64,000 nucleotides of DNA from an uncultured Chloroflexia bacterium (GTDB lineage Bacteria > Chloroflexota > Anaerolineae > Anaerolineales > UBA4823): NCBI GenBank assembly GCA_963792075.1, contig CAWBUW010000002.1, positions 376,369 through 440,368 of the forward strand. Reading direction: 5' to 3'. The translations under genes were made by a program, and so were the position numbers. This document shows positions 52,280 to 62,173 of the stretch, piece by piece; within the stretch, counting starts at the first letter, position 1; the number at the start of each line of letters is the position of its first letter. Below the pieces are notes generated by a model, which was not told the DNA's origin, did not search any database, and worked only from the letters and a program-made list of their open reading frames with translations.

Positions 52280-52930
52280 CTATGGTTCGATCAAGCCCTT
52301 GCGGATGGCGTATTTAACCAATTCGCTGCGGTTGTGCAAGCCGAGTTTGCGCATGATGTTTTCCCGATGACGGGCAACGGTGTGTTTACTGATGCTTAGC
52401 TGGTCGGCAATGGTATCATTGCTTGCGCCTTCGGCAAGCAAAGCCAATACCTCTTGCTCTCGCTCGGTCAGTTCTTCGATTTCATCTGTGGGTTCGCCGT
52501 CCGTGTGCTGGTAGAAATCTGAAACCAGGATTTTGGCCAGAGAGGGGTAGAGATACACCTCATCCGCATGCGCTGCGTGGATGGCTTTGATCAGGTCATC
52601 TGCAGCAGCCCGCTTGGGTACGTAACCATCGGCGCCGGCGGCGAGCATCTCAAAGAAATACTGTGGGTCTTCGTGAATGGTCAGGGCTACTACGGCCATG
52701 CTGGGGTGGGCAGCTTTTAATTGGCGGGTAGCCTCGATTCCAGAGATGTCCGGCAGCGTGATATCCATGATCACTACATCTGGTCGCAGGCTTTCCGCCA
52801 GTTCTAAAGCCTGCCGTCCGCTGCTGGCCTGACCTACGATGAGGATATCTCCCTGGCTTTCGAGCAATAAGCCCAGGCTGGTGCGAACGATTTCATGATC
52901 ATCGACAAGCAAGACACGAATTACACTCAT
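52280..52930 (-). CDS. NarL/LuxR-family response regulator
   Basis: REC domain plus LTEREQEVL...GASN..IA..L.IS.HTV..H. Confidence 0.93.
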   Translation of the reverse strand: MSVIRVLLVDDHEIVRTSLGLLLESQGDILIVGQASSGRQALELAESLRPDVVIMDITLPDISGIEATRQLKAAHPSMAVVALTIHEDPQYFFEMLAAGADGYVPKRAAADDLIKAIHAAHADEVYLYPSLAKILVSDFYQHTDGEPTDEIEELTEREQEVLALLAEGASNDTIADQLSISKHTVARHRENIMRKLGLHNRSELVKYAIRKGLIEP

Positions 52931-54405
52931 CAGGTCCTCTTGGTTTCTTGTACAGGGACCGTCACCAAGACGGCGGTGCCCTGTCCAGGAGTGGAAATGA
53001 TTTTACAGATTCCGCCAATTAACAGGGCTCGCTCTTGCATCCCCATCAAGCCCAGGTTGGCCCCACCGATTTTATGGTTCAGTGTTTTGGCCACATCGAA
53101 GCCGCACCCATTATCCTGGATTTCCAAAGAAAGCTGGCTGTCCTGGAAGTCCAGACTGATCATTACCTGGCTGGCGCTTGCGTGGCGAATCACATTGGTG
53201 ATGGCTTCTTGAGCGATGCGAAAGAGCGTGACGCGTAATTCAGCCGAAAGCTTGCTTAGCGGTCCCTGGCCGTGTACTTCCACCTTGACGGGTGAATTTT
53301 GGGAGACGTCACGGGCGTACCAACGCAGCGCGGCCAGCAGTCCCAGGTCATCCAACTGTGCCGGGTGCAGCCCAGCGACCATGCGCTGTAACTCCAGGAG
53401 GCTGTTGTTGGTAATTTCTTCCAGCCGGACTGCCTGCCGGATAGGATCGGAGGTATTTGAGGTAATGTTTTCTTTCAGACTGCGCAGCCCAATGCTGATG
53501 GCGGTCAGCGCTTGGCCTGTCTCATCATGCAGCTCGCGGGCGATGCGGGAGCGTTCCGTTTCTTGCGCGGTAACAGTACGGTGGAGTAATTCGTTGCGCA
53601 GTTGTTCCAGGCGGGTGCGTTCCTCAAGCTGGGTTTCGCGGAGAACTTCCAACTGCCGGGTAGTTTCGAACTCGAACGCACGCAGTGAACGGACGATAAA
53701 TATCGCCGCCATGCAGGCCATGGCCGCGCGCAGGAGCTGGACGGGAAAACCAAACCATTCGAGAAAAGTAGCAGTATTGATAACCGTTGACGGGAACAAG
53801 CGTGAAGGCGAAGCGAACAATTGGCCGACCATACCATATACCCAAAAAGCGACGGCTGCCAGGGTTACATCTAAGGCGAAAGAGGTCATGCCAGAGGCAG
53901 TGAAACGGCGCTGCTGGACGAGCAAGCCGGCGGCGGCAAGCACGGCACCGGGGATCGCCAGCGCGTAACGGGTATATACATCATATGCGGTTTGTTGTTC
54001 TGCGGTTGAATAAGGGGTGCGTGAGATGATTGCCAAACCCAGCAGCCAGATTCCGGCGGCGGCCAGGGTGACCAGCCACTGCAGCCGCGGCCGGCTGCCA
54101 CCGTTGATCAATTCAAAACCAAAGATTAATAACAGGAGGAAAGAAGAAGCCAGCATGAAGAGGCGCATAGGGAACAGAATATGTATGTTAGATGAAGCAA
54201 AATCCTGATTCTGGATCAAGAACATCTCTACCCATTCGTGGCCACCGTGCACCAGGCCAAACCAACCCAGCGGACGCAGGGCACGCGCAAATTCCATTTT
54301 AGGTGCGTGACCCAATTCGAGCAAGACAGCGAACCCCATGCTGAAGAAGCTCAGGCCGTAAAAGAAAAAGATATCGGTGATATGGTGGCTAAAATAGTCC
54401 TGCAT
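52930..54405 (-). CDS. Membrane-integral HisKA_3 sensor histidine kinase
   Basis: About 6-7 TMs, ERSRIARELHDETGQ, QEAITNVIRHA, DNGCGF, GLMGMQERA. Confidence 0.92.
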   Translation of the reverse strand: MQDYFSHHITDIFFFYGLSFFSMGFAVLLELGHAPKMEFARALRPLGWFGLVHGGHEWVEMFLIQNQDFASSNIHILFPMRLFMLASSFLLLLIFGFELINGGSRPRLQWLVTLAAAGIWLLGLAIISRTPYSTAEQQTAYDVYTRYALAIPGAVLAAAGLLVQQRRFTASGMTSFALDVTLAAVAFWVYGMVGQLFASPSRLFPSTVINTATFLEWFGFPVQLLRAAMACMAAIFIVRSLRAFEFETTRQLEVLRETQLEERTRLEQLRNELLHRTVTAQETERSRIARELHDETGQALTAISIGLRSLKENITSNTSDPIRQAVRLEEITNNSLLELQRMVAGLHPAQLDDLGLLAALRWYARDVSQNSPVKVEVHGQGPLSKLSAELRVTLFRIAQEAITNVIRHASASQVMISLDFQDSQLSLEIQDNGCGFDVAKTLNHKIGGANLGLMGMQERALLIGGICKIISTPGQGTAVLVTVPVQETKRT

Positions 54406-54415
54406 GGAGGCCTCA

Positions 54416-54457
54416 AAACAAATGGGCTGCCCATCTTTCCGGGCAGCCCATTTGTTT
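54416..54457 (-). terminator. Stem-loop after cytochrome b gene
   Basis: aaacaaatgggctgccc-N8-gggcagcccatttgttt. Confidence 0.6.
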
Positions 54458-55646
54458 ATTTTTCTGGTGCACCTGCTTTGATCCAGGCAATGACTTGCTC
54501 GATCTCTGCCGGTGTGAGCTGGCCGGGGTGGCCGCCCTGGCTTTGTATCTGGATAATCATACTTTTATCCGGGTCATTGGGAGTAATACCCGGGCCACTT
54601 TTGCCGCCTTTCAGCGCGTCGGCATATGAGTCCAATCGCAAGCCACCAACTGCGGTCGTATAGTGACAGGTGCTGCAGCGATCGTGGAACAGGCCGGCGT
54701 ATTTGCCATCCCAGGTGTCGGCCCCAACCGGTTTGTTGGGGTCAGGCGTGGGCGTGGGAGTGGGGGTAGGGCGCGGTGTGGGGGTAAGCGGCACAAAGGC
54801 TTGTACAGTTTCACCCCGCGGCACGGTGGTGATCGCCGTGTTTTCCATGGTGACGAACTGCCACAACCCTATGGCAAACACAAGCGTTAGCACGCCAGCA
54901 ACCGGGTAAAAAACCTGCTGGCGTTTGCGCAGTACGGCTGGCTCGGGTTCCGGGAATGCCTTGCCGGCTTCGATCAACCTCAATTCGGCGGGATGCTCAT
55001 CTTCCATTTCGTGGTGAGTCAGCTTGCCGGTGAACATGCTTTTATTGAAGGTCTTGATGTGCACGTTATAGAAGTGCCACAAGATGATCGCCAACACAGC
55101 CAGGATAGCCTCGCCGCCGTGGGCCGCCTTGGCTGCGGGGATATACTCACCTGGCAAGAAGCGGGCAGATGCAATCGGGTTCCACATCATAAAACCGGTG
55201 ATCGCCATCACCAAAGTGCCCCAGACAACGGCCAGGTATTCCATTTTTTCGCCGTAGTTATAGCGCCCGTAGTAAGCATGGTGCTTGCGTTGGCCCAGGT
55301 CATAGAGCACATCTTGCATGATATGCTTGGCATCATCGATCGTGGGCAGCATAGTCCAGGAGACGCGGTGCACAAAGAGGCGATTGAGCATGGCGATCAC
55401 GTGATAAGCGCTGGCAACCAGCATCACAATCGCAGATGCGCGGTGGATCAGGCGTGTTGTTTCGATCCCCCCCAACATTCCGATGAAGAATTGGCTGATC
55501 GGAGCGCTGAAAAACTTCTGCGCCAGCCCGGTCATCCCCAGGATGCTGAAGGAGACCAGGAAAACGATATGTTCGATCCTCTGATCCAGGCTGAAACGAA
55601 TGTAGACCTGTTGCGTGGTGCCGGCAGTGTGTTCAGGTTTACTCAT
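54456..55646 (-). CDS. FdnI-like diheme cytochrome b fused to C-terminal monoheme c domain
   Basis: RF...QRIEH, IHR, RYNYGEKMEY, AHGGEA...WHFY, then CSTCH. Confidence 0.85.
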   Translation of the reverse strand: MSKPEHTAGTTQQVYIRFSLDQRIEHIVFLVSFSILGMTGLAQKFFSAPISQFFIGMLGGIETTRLIHRASAIVMLVASAYHVIAMLNRLFVHRVSWTMLPTIDDAKHIMQDVLYDLGQRKHHAYYGRYNYGEKMEYLAVVWGTLVMAITGFMMWNPIASARFLPGEYIPAAKAAHGGEAILAVLAIILWHFYNVHIKTFNKSMFTGKLTHHEMEDEHPAELRLIEAGKAFPEPEPAVLRKRQQVFYPVAGVLTLVFAIGLWQFVTMENTAITTVPRGETVQAFVPLTPTPRPTPTPTPTPDPNKPVGADTWDGKYAGLFHDRCSTCHYTTAVGGLRLDSYADALKGGKSGPGITPNDPDKSMIIQIQSQGGHPGQLTPAEIEQVIAWIKAGAPEK

Positions 55647-56880
55647 TTTCGGCCTCCTCACCATCGTCTTCGTGACCAGGAAATGGCACAGGAGTGTGGA
55701 TGCCCTCCACTGCGTTGGTGGGATTCTTGCGCTTCCTGGTGCGGTCAAAGACTCTGCGCCCCAGGTCCAGCGCGACCAGGACACCCATACCTCCCAGCGT
55801 GGTGGGGATGAAGAACTGGTAGAACAGATTCACGTAGTAAACCACCGGGAATTTCTCGGGTGAAGGCTCGTAGTGCGAGAGCCAGGCGGTGGGGAAATTC
55901 GCGGTTGCATCGGGGTGGCATCCCTGGCAGCGCACGAGCAGGTTTTGCTGAATCTGCAGGCCGGTTGCCGGATCTTTGGTGCGTTGGATATCGTGGATCC
56001 CGTGGCAGTCAAAGCAGACAGCTTTGTTCGTTTCCGCATCTGGGGATTGTTTTTCAAATAGCGTCACGGTCGTACCGTGAAAATCTGCTACATAGGAGGT
56101 CAATACATACGTAGAGAGGCCATAACGCCCCATTTTCTCTTTGTCGGTGTGACATTTCGCACAGATTAAGGGCGATTTATTGCGAAACTCTGCCGTGCGC
56201 GGGTCCTCAATGTTATGTACGCCGTGGCAGCTAATGCAGGTTGGGACATCCGTGTTTTGCTCATCCGTCAATGCTGCTCCATGCACGCTATTGCGGTATT
56301 TCTCATATATCGCAGAGTGGCATTTGGCGCAGGTCTCCGGGATACGCAAGCGCGCCGCGGGGAGCAGATCCCCGGTCTGTGGATCGGTCCAACGCTGCAC
56401 GGTATGGGAGCCGTGACAGTCAGAGCAAATCGCGGCTGCCGGCTGGCCTGCCGCGCGGGCTTGAGCATGCACGCTGTGGGCTTGTTTTTCATACAACGAG
56501 GCATGGCACTGCTTACAGGTCTCGTTAAACTGGAGGGTCAGTGCACGGGCAGTTTGTGGGCTGAGCGCCGGGTGGGGATACTCGCGAATATCTGTGTGGC
56601 ACTGCACGCAGGCATATCCGCCTTCACCATGAACTGAGGCAGTGTAATCATCTAGGTTGATAGAGATGTCTACGATATCTCCGTTGGGCATCGTGAAGGT
56701 CTGGCCTGGTGTGCCATGGCACGCCAGGCAGGTGTCATTGCTGACACCCGGACCCGTAGAGGTTTGGGGGACAGGTCCGGCAGCTTCGGCTGGCTGGTTG
56801 GTAAATACCAGACCCAGCAGCACGAAGACGACCAACACGGCGACCACCAGGGGGAGGGTATAACGGCTCGGAGGACGCAT
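55639..56880 (-). CDS. Nonaheme c-type cytochrome with C-terminal TM (CbcL-like periplasmic part)
   Basis: 9 CxxCH, repeated SVHG motifs, signal peptide and C-terminal TM. Confidence 0.85.
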   Translation of the reverse strand: MRPPSRYTLPLVVAVLVVFVLLGLVFTNQPAEAAGPVPQTSTGPGVSNDTCLACHGTPGQTFTMPNGDIVDISINLDDYTASVHGEGGYACVQCHTDIREYPHPALSPQTARALTLQFNETCKQCHASLYEKQAHSVHAQARAAGQPAAAICSDCHGSHTVQRWTDPQTGDLLPAARLRIPETCAKCHSAIYEKYRNSVHGAALTDEQNTDVPTCISCHGVHNIEDPRTAEFRNKSPLICAKCHTDKEKMGRYGLSTYVLTSYVADFHGTTVTLFEKQSPDAETNKAVCFDCHGIHDIQRTKDPATGLQIQQNLLVRCQGCHPDATANFPTAWLSHYEPSPEKFPVVYYVNLFYQFFIPTTLGGMGVLVALDLGRRVFDRTRKRKNPTNAVEGIHTPVPFPGHEDDGEEAENE

Positions 56881-57596
56881 TAAGACTTGCCTCCCGAATT
56901 GCGTTGGGTTGTATTTTTCATCTGCTTTTGATATTCCAGGGTGTGATACTCTTTCATTTCATCTTCGTTCAACTTACCTGTAAAAATACTCAAGTTCAGG
57001 CGTTCGATATGGACGTGATAGAAGTGCCAGATCAAGACGAAGATCGCTGCTATCACCGCCTCGGTGCTATGCGCCATCTTGGCGGCGGGGATGATCCCAC
57101 CGGGGAGAACCAGGGTCGCCTGGATGGGGAACCATAGGATGAAACCGGTGACGACCAGGATGCTGATCCCAACGAAGAGGATCCAGTAGGTCACTTTCTG
57201 CTCAAAATTGAACTTGCCGAATTTGGGCTTTTCGTTGCTCAAGAAAAGCAAGTATTTCACCATTTTCCCGGCATCCAGTACATCTTGCCAGGTGGGCAGC
57301 ATCTCGCCTGTGAGCTTCCGGCGTGCCATCTGTACGATCATGTTCCCCACGTGGTACAACACTTCAAGGGTCAATGCGATGGCAGCGATACGATGGATTT
57401 GCTGGATCGTCCGGACACTTTCTGGAGTGGCGAGGAGCACATGACTCCAATCAGTCGTGCGATATTTTTGCGGCAGGCCGGTTAACAGCAGCACGGTAAA
57501 GCAGAGCAGCAGCAGTGTGTGTTCCCAACGCTGAGAAAGCGAAAAGCGCGGGAAGTAGCGGACAGTATGCACGGAAGGTGTGTTTTTAGGGCTCAT
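56880..57596 (-). CDS. FdnI-like cytochrome b subunit
   Basis: QRWEH, IHR, KFNFEQKVTYW, AHSTEA...WHFYH. Confidence 0.87.
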   Translation of the reverse strand: MSPKNTPSVHTVRYFPRFSLSQRWEHTLLLLCFTVLLLTGLPQKYRTTDWSHVLLATPESVRTIQQIHRIAAIALTLEVLYHVGNMIVQMARRKLTGEMLPTWQDVLDAGKMVKYLLFLSNEKPKFGKFNFEQKVTYWILFVGISILVVTGFILWFPIQATLVLPGGIIPAAKMAHSTEAVIAAIFVLIWHFYHVHIERLNLSIFTGKLNEDEMKEYHTLEYQKQMKNTTQRNSGGKS

Positions 57597-58717
57597 TGTA
57601 GGCCACTCCTTACGCGCGCGACGATCGCACGGATGATTTGAAGTACGACGTAAATTATCAACAACCAGGAGACGACCGGGGTGAAGGAGCTATAAAACGC
57701 TTCGGTATAGAAGAGGAAGGGCGTTTTCTCCAGGCTAATTTTGTTATGACCGGTCCAGGCTCCCGTCCAATTCGGTCCGGCCGTCGGGTGGCATTTCTGG
57801 CAGGTAGCCAACAGATTTGCCGGGTTCACGCTGGAGCGTGGATCATCGGTTTTAAGGATCGTGTGCACACCGTGGCAATCGGTACAGACCGCGGTGTCAT
57901 GCCAGATGGTAGGCCAGCGGGCTTTGTAGACCGAGACTTCGACGCCGTGCCAGGACGTGCTGTAAATACTGTACACATCAGAGGGCAGGTTATATTTTGC
58001 CATCAATTCGGCATTGGCATGGCAGCCTGCGCACAGCTCCGGGGATTGGATGCGGAACTGGGTGGTGCGTGGGTCCTGCACGTTGTGCACACCATGACAG
58101 TCTGTACACACAGGGACATCGGTATTATTTTCTTCGATCAACGCTTTCCCATGCACAGAGTCTTTGTATTGGTTGTAGATCTCGCCATGGCATTGGCTGC
58201 AGGTGGTGGAAATGAGCGCCCGCGGCTCATTTGGGTCCCGTACATCGTGCGCACCGTGGCAGTCTGTGCAGATGGGAGCATTCAGGTTACCTGCTTCGGC
58301 CGCCTTGTTATGCATGCTGTCCAGCGTCTTGGCATAATTGGCGGCATGACATTTTTCGCAGGCCTGGTAGTAAGCCCGGCTGAACGAGCGCGCATCCGGG
58401 TAAACCTGTGCAGGGTGTGGGTAGGTGGTGATCGTGGTGTGGCATGCTTCGCACTCGATCCCTTGTGGACTATGCACAGAGTTAGCCAGCATTTTGGAGT
58501 CAATAAAGAGCGAAAGTTTTTCTCCGCTGGGCAGGGTCATGCTCAGGTCTGGGTTGCTGTGACAGCTCAGGCAGTATTCCTCGGTTTTTTGCGGCGGATT
58601 GCCTGCTGGATCACCCGCCTGCGCCGGCCAGGCCCAAACCAGGACACCGAAGCCGGCCAGGATAAAGGCTGCCCATAATACGGCAGCCGGGAATTTGCAC
58701 AGTTTTATTCGGGACAT
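57593..58717 (-). CDS. Nonaheme c-type cytochrome with C-terminal TM (paralogue of 55639-56880)
   Basis: 9 CxxCH, same spacing as its paralogue. Confidence 0.87.
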   Translation of the reverse strand: MSRIKLCKFPAAVLWAAFILAGFGVLVWAWPAQAGDPAGNPPQKTEEYCLSCHSNPDLSMTLPSGEKLSLFIDSKMLANSVHSPQGIECEACHTTITTYPHPAQVYPDARSFSRAYYQACEKCHAANYAKTLDSMHNKAAEAGNLNAPICTDCHGAHDVRDPNEPRALISTTCSQCHGEIYNQYKDSVHGKALIEENNTDVPVCTDCHGVHNVQDPRTTQFRIQSPELCAGCHANAELMAKYNLPSDVYSIYSTSWHGVEVSVYKARWPTIWHDTAVCTDCHGVHTILKTDDPRSSVNPANLLATCQKCHPTAGPNWTGAWTGHNKISLEKTPFLFYTEAFYSSFTPVVSWLLIIYVVLQIIRAIVARVRSGLQ

Positions 58718-58745
58718 TCCCTAAACCTCCGGTAAATAGTGTTCA

Positions 58746-58913
58746 TCATTCTTGGGAATCATTCTGGTCTAAATCGGGCTCTTGCGGTGGCGGAACGATC
58801 AAACCAAGCCGCCGGAGCAAGTATGAGATCCCCAGCATCACGAGGAGAGGAACCAGGCAGCGAAGAATGAAGAACAGCGCCACAAATATGGGATTGGCTG
58901 AAACTCTATCCAT
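58746..58913 (-). CDS. Small 55-aa single-TM protein heading the cytochrome c/b operon
   Basis: AAGGA SD. MDRVSANPIFVALFFILRCLVPLLVMLGISYLLRRLGLIVPPPQEPDLDQNDSQE*, below the ORF-track cutoff. Confidence 0.6.
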   Translation of the reverse strand: MDRVSANPIFVALFFILRCLVPLLVMLGISYLLRRLGLIVPPPQEPDLDQNDSQE

Positions 58914-59027
58914 CTGTCTTCCTTTGCTTAAGAGATGATTAAGTATAATCTAAAAACGTACTAATCAACAGGCAAAAATATTCATCCTTCCTTAATTGAA
59001 TTGTGAGCCTGCTACATAAATCCAAAG

Positions 59028-59058
59028 GGCTGTCCCAAAAGCTTCTTTTGGGACAGCC
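59028..59058. terminator. Hairpin made of MITE-like TIRs, probable terminator after nrfD-like gene
   Basis: ggctgtcccaaaag-ctt-cttttgggacagcc. Confidence 0.55.
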
Positions 59059-59121
59059 TGCCTTTCTTTACCGGAAAATGAGGGCATTGGGTGGCTTAGC
59101 GCCACCCAGTGCCCTCATCTG

Positions 59122-60342
59122 CTAATGCTCTTCTTCTTTGGGGAAAAGAGGCAGGAATTTGACCCCCAGGGTTAGCATCAACAAGCCATAACCCATGATG
59201 CCCAATGCCACGCCCCATTCTGGCAAGGCGGGCCAGTAATGTACGGGTTCGAGCACATACTGCGTGCCAGGTGAGTAGGATAGAGGCACAAATAAACCCG
59301 AGACTGTGACGTTCCAACGGTTGATCACCAAACCGATGACGGCCATCAGCGCGCCGAATACCAGGGCCACTGGCTGCTTGTTCAGGCGTGGGTGCAGGAA
59401 GATGATCACCGGTATCAGGAGCCCCACGATCACCTCGCCAAACCAGAAGCCGAAGTTGTAAGGCGTCTGTTGGTTGAGCATGTGCAGCGCTTCGTTGACG
59501 GCAGGTGTGCGACCATAGTAAGTCACGGCAGCCAGGTCCCAGAACTTCAAGTAGGCGTAAGCCAGCAGGCCAAAACCGCTGGCGCGAGCGATGGTGCGCA
59601 GAACGTTGTGCGGTACCAGGCGCTTGCCCATCACCCACTCCAGGATGAAGGACACCGCCATGGTCACGGCCGGGCCAGTCGCGATGGCCGATAAGATGAA
59701 CATGATCGGCATGCTGGGCTTAAACCAGATCGGGCGGGATTTGACAATCCCGTAAGTCGCGCCGAGGGAAGACTGGTGGAGCAGGGAGATCATCAGGCCC
59801 AACAGCGCAAAGACCGGGGTAATTACGTGCATGAAGTGACCGACTTTACGCAGCCAGGGCCAGCGGTCGAACAGGCGCGATTCAAACAAGACTGGCGAGA
59901 ACTCCATCACCATAATGATCAAGTAGAGCGTAATGCACCAGGTGATTTCCCACAGCACAGAGTGCACATTCCAATACACCCAGGGATGCCAGAAACGGTC
60001 CGGGCGGCCGATGTCCATGACCAGGGTGAGCAGGGCGGAGGTATAGCCGACGAACCCGACAAAAACCGCCAGGCGGACAATGGACTGGAAGCGCTTGAGC
60101 CCCAACAAGTACACCACAGCCGAGAGCGTAAAGGCGCCAGCTCCGAGGGCAATGGAGGAAAGATCAATGGTGATCCACAATCCCCAGGGAACGGTGTTGT
60201 TCATGTTGGTGATCCACAGGCCGTTATAAAAAACTTCAAAAGCGGCGACCAGGCCGACGGCCAGCAGGATGCCTATTAATCCCAGCCAGGCAAGCAAGCC
60301 TGGTGAGACAAACGATTTGCGTTCGGTGGTGAGGGGTACCAT
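59122..60342 (-). CDS. NrfD/PsrC-family membrane subunit (DsrP/QrcD-like)
   Basis: PWGLWI, DIGRPDRF, SVLWE, LHQSSLG, RW, about 10 TMs. Confidence 0.9.
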   Translation of the reverse strand: MVPLTTERKSFVSPGLLAWLGLIGILLAVGLVAAFEVFYNGLWITNMNNTVPWGLWITIDLSSIALGAGAFTLSAVVYLLGLKRFQSIVRLAVFVGFVGYTSALLTLVMDIGRPDRFWHPWVYWNVHSVLWEITWCITLYLIIMVMEFSPVLFESRLFDRWPWLRKVGHFMHVITPVFALLGLMISLLHQSSLGATYGIVKSRPIWFKPSMPIMFILSAIATGPAVTMAVSFILEWVMGKRLVPHNVLRTIARASGFGLLAYAYLKFWDLAAVTYYGRTPAVNEALHMLNQQTPYNFGFWFGEVIVGLLIPVIIFLHPRLNKQPVALVFGALMAVIGLVINRWNVTVSGLFVPLSYSPGTQYVLEPVHYWPALPEWGVALGIMGYGLLMLTLGVKFLPLFPKEEEH

Positions 60343-60345
60343 GTT

Positions 60346-61176
60346 TTACAAGCCCTCCTTGGGCGGCAGGTAATACACACTTGGTTCGGTGCCCAATTCT
60401 TCACGCAGCCGGAGGCTGGCATTGTCTGCCAATACCTTAGAAACCGGGCTGCTGGGGTCCTTTAGATTGCCAAAGATGCGCGCTCCCACCGGGCAGATGT
60501 TTACACAGGCTGGGGTGGCTTCGCGGTCTTCACCCGGCATCAGTCCTGCTTCCAGGCCGCGGTCGATGCGATGGATGCAGAAGGTACATTTTTCAACTAC
60601 CCCGCGTGGGCGGCGCTCGACTTCCGGCGTGCCCCAGGTAGGAACATATGGGTTTTCATCGGTGCGCTCTTTCCAACCGAACTTGCGCGCATCGTACGGG
60701 CAGGCGACTTCACAGTACCGGCAGCCGATACAACGGTTGTAATCCATCACCACCAGGCCGTCTTCACGGACGTAGGTGGCTTTGACCGGGCAAACTTCGA
60801 CGCAGGGAGCAACCTGGCAGTGCAAACAGGGGCGGCTGAAATAGAAAGTGGAGTTGCCGGTAGTTTTTTCTGTGACTACGATGTTCCAGGGCTTATCCGT
60901 GTTGACATCGTTAGTCGCGGTGCAGGCTCGCAGGCAGTATTCACAGCCGATGCACTTATCCAGATCGATGACCATGCCCCAGTGATAGGGGCCCGAAGCG
61001 CCATGCCCTTCGGTGGGGGCAGTATCTTCCAGGCCGGATTGTTTCAGGCTGGCAAAGGGCGAAAGCGGTCCCGTGGTCAGGGCCTGCGCCGCCAGGACGG
61101 ATCCCAGCGCGGTCCCACCGATTGTCAGGAAGTCGCGCCTGGTTAATTCAAGCTTGACTTTTTGTTTTTTACTCAT
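60346..61176 (-). CDS. Tat-exported 4Fe-4S protein (NrfC/DsrO/QrcC-like)
   Basis: TRRDFL signal, CIGCEYC...C, CLHC..APC..VCP, CIGCRYC..ACP, KCTFC...PACV..CP. Confidence 0.92.
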   Translation of the reverse strand: MSKKQKVKLELTRRDFLTIGGTALGSVLAAQALTTGPLSPFASLKQSGLEDTAPTEGHGASGPYHWGMVIDLDKCIGCEYCLRACTATNDVNTDKPWNIVVTEKTTGNSTFYFSRPCLHCQVAPCVEVCPVKATYVREDGLVVMDYNRCIGCRYCEVACPYDARKFGWKERTDENPYVPTWGTPEVERRPRGVVEKCTFCIHRIDRGLEAGLMPGEDREATPACVNICPVGARIFGNLKDPSSPVSKVLADNASLRLREELGTEPSVYYLPPKEGL

Positions 61177-62173
61177 TTTCATTTTCCTCAACCACGCGGA
61201 TGCGCTGCCCGATGATCCAGGCAGTCACACTGCCCGTAAGCAGGCCAATGATCGCGCCCTGGAGCAAGCCGGTGTAAAGGCGGACGGCAGACTGCTGCTT
61301 TAAGGTTGCAATCTGGCTATCCTGGTCAGAGACTTGTTTTTGCAATGCGTCTACGTTGGCCGGGTCAACCTTGGCAACCTCACCGCTCAATTTGACGATT
61401 TCATCGCGAGAGTGCACGGTGTCCTGGTGACAACCAATGCAGGCTTCCGAACCGACCGAGAAGGTATGACCCGTCGGTACCAGGCCGCCGATGGGGCTGG
61501 TCTCACGCGGTGCGGTATACATATGGCAGTTGGAGCATTCCAGGCCAGCCTGGGCATGCGTGCCATGCGTGAAAGATTCGCTGTTTTCCTTATGGCAGTT
61601 CGTGCATAACGCGGTGACTGTGGCAGCCATGGGTTTTTGAGCGTGAGGATCATGGCAGGCCTGGCACTGAATGTTAGCCTCGGCATGCTTGCTGGCGCGC
61701 CATTCATCGGTGGTGCCTTTGTGACAGGTCGCGCACAGGTCTGCGTTCGGTTTTACGGTCATCGGGTTCGCCGGGTGACCGGCAACCAGCGGGCCATGGC
61801 AGCTTTCACAAGTCACGCCTTCCTGGACGTATTCGCCAGTGGAGGCGTTAAAGCCGGTGGTATGGCAGGCCAGGCAGGCTACCTGAGAACCTAACTCTGT
61901 CCAATCACGCTGGAAAATAGGGGAGGAGAAGGCCTGGGCATGGCGGGTGGTTTCCCATTCCGCATGCAGCTCTTTGTGGCACATCTTACAGGTATCTGAA
62001 CCTGTGTAAGTGGTCGCAGCCGGTGGCTGAGCCGTTGGGGTGGCGTCCTGATGGGGCTGTTCCGCCAACGCCGGGGTGGGCAGGCTGGCCAGTCCGCCGA
62101 TGACCAGGCTCAGGATGAAGATGCCCCAGAAAGCAAGGCTGGGCTTGGACAGGAAACGATTGGGTTTTCTCAT
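61169..62173 (-). CDS. Octaheme c-type cytochrome with C-terminal TM anchor
   Basis: 8 CxxCH, signal peptide, coiled coil and TM at the C-terminus. Confidence 0.87.
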   Translation of the reverse strand: MRKPNRFLSKPSLAFWGIFILSLVIGGLASLPTPALAEQPHQDATPTAQPPAATTYTGSDTCKMCHKELHAEWETTRHAQAFSSPIFQRDWTELGSQVACLACHTTGFNASTGEYVQEGVTCESCHGPLVAGHPANPMTVKPNADLCATCHKGTTDEWRASKHAEANIQCQACHDPHAQKPMAATVTALCTNCHKENSESFTHGTHAQAGLECSNCHMYTAPRETSPIGGLVPTGHTFSVGSEACIGCHQDTVHSRDEIVKLSGEVAKVDPANVDALQKQVSDQDSQIATLKQQSAVRLYTGLLQGAIIGLLTGSVTAWIIGQRIRVVEENENE

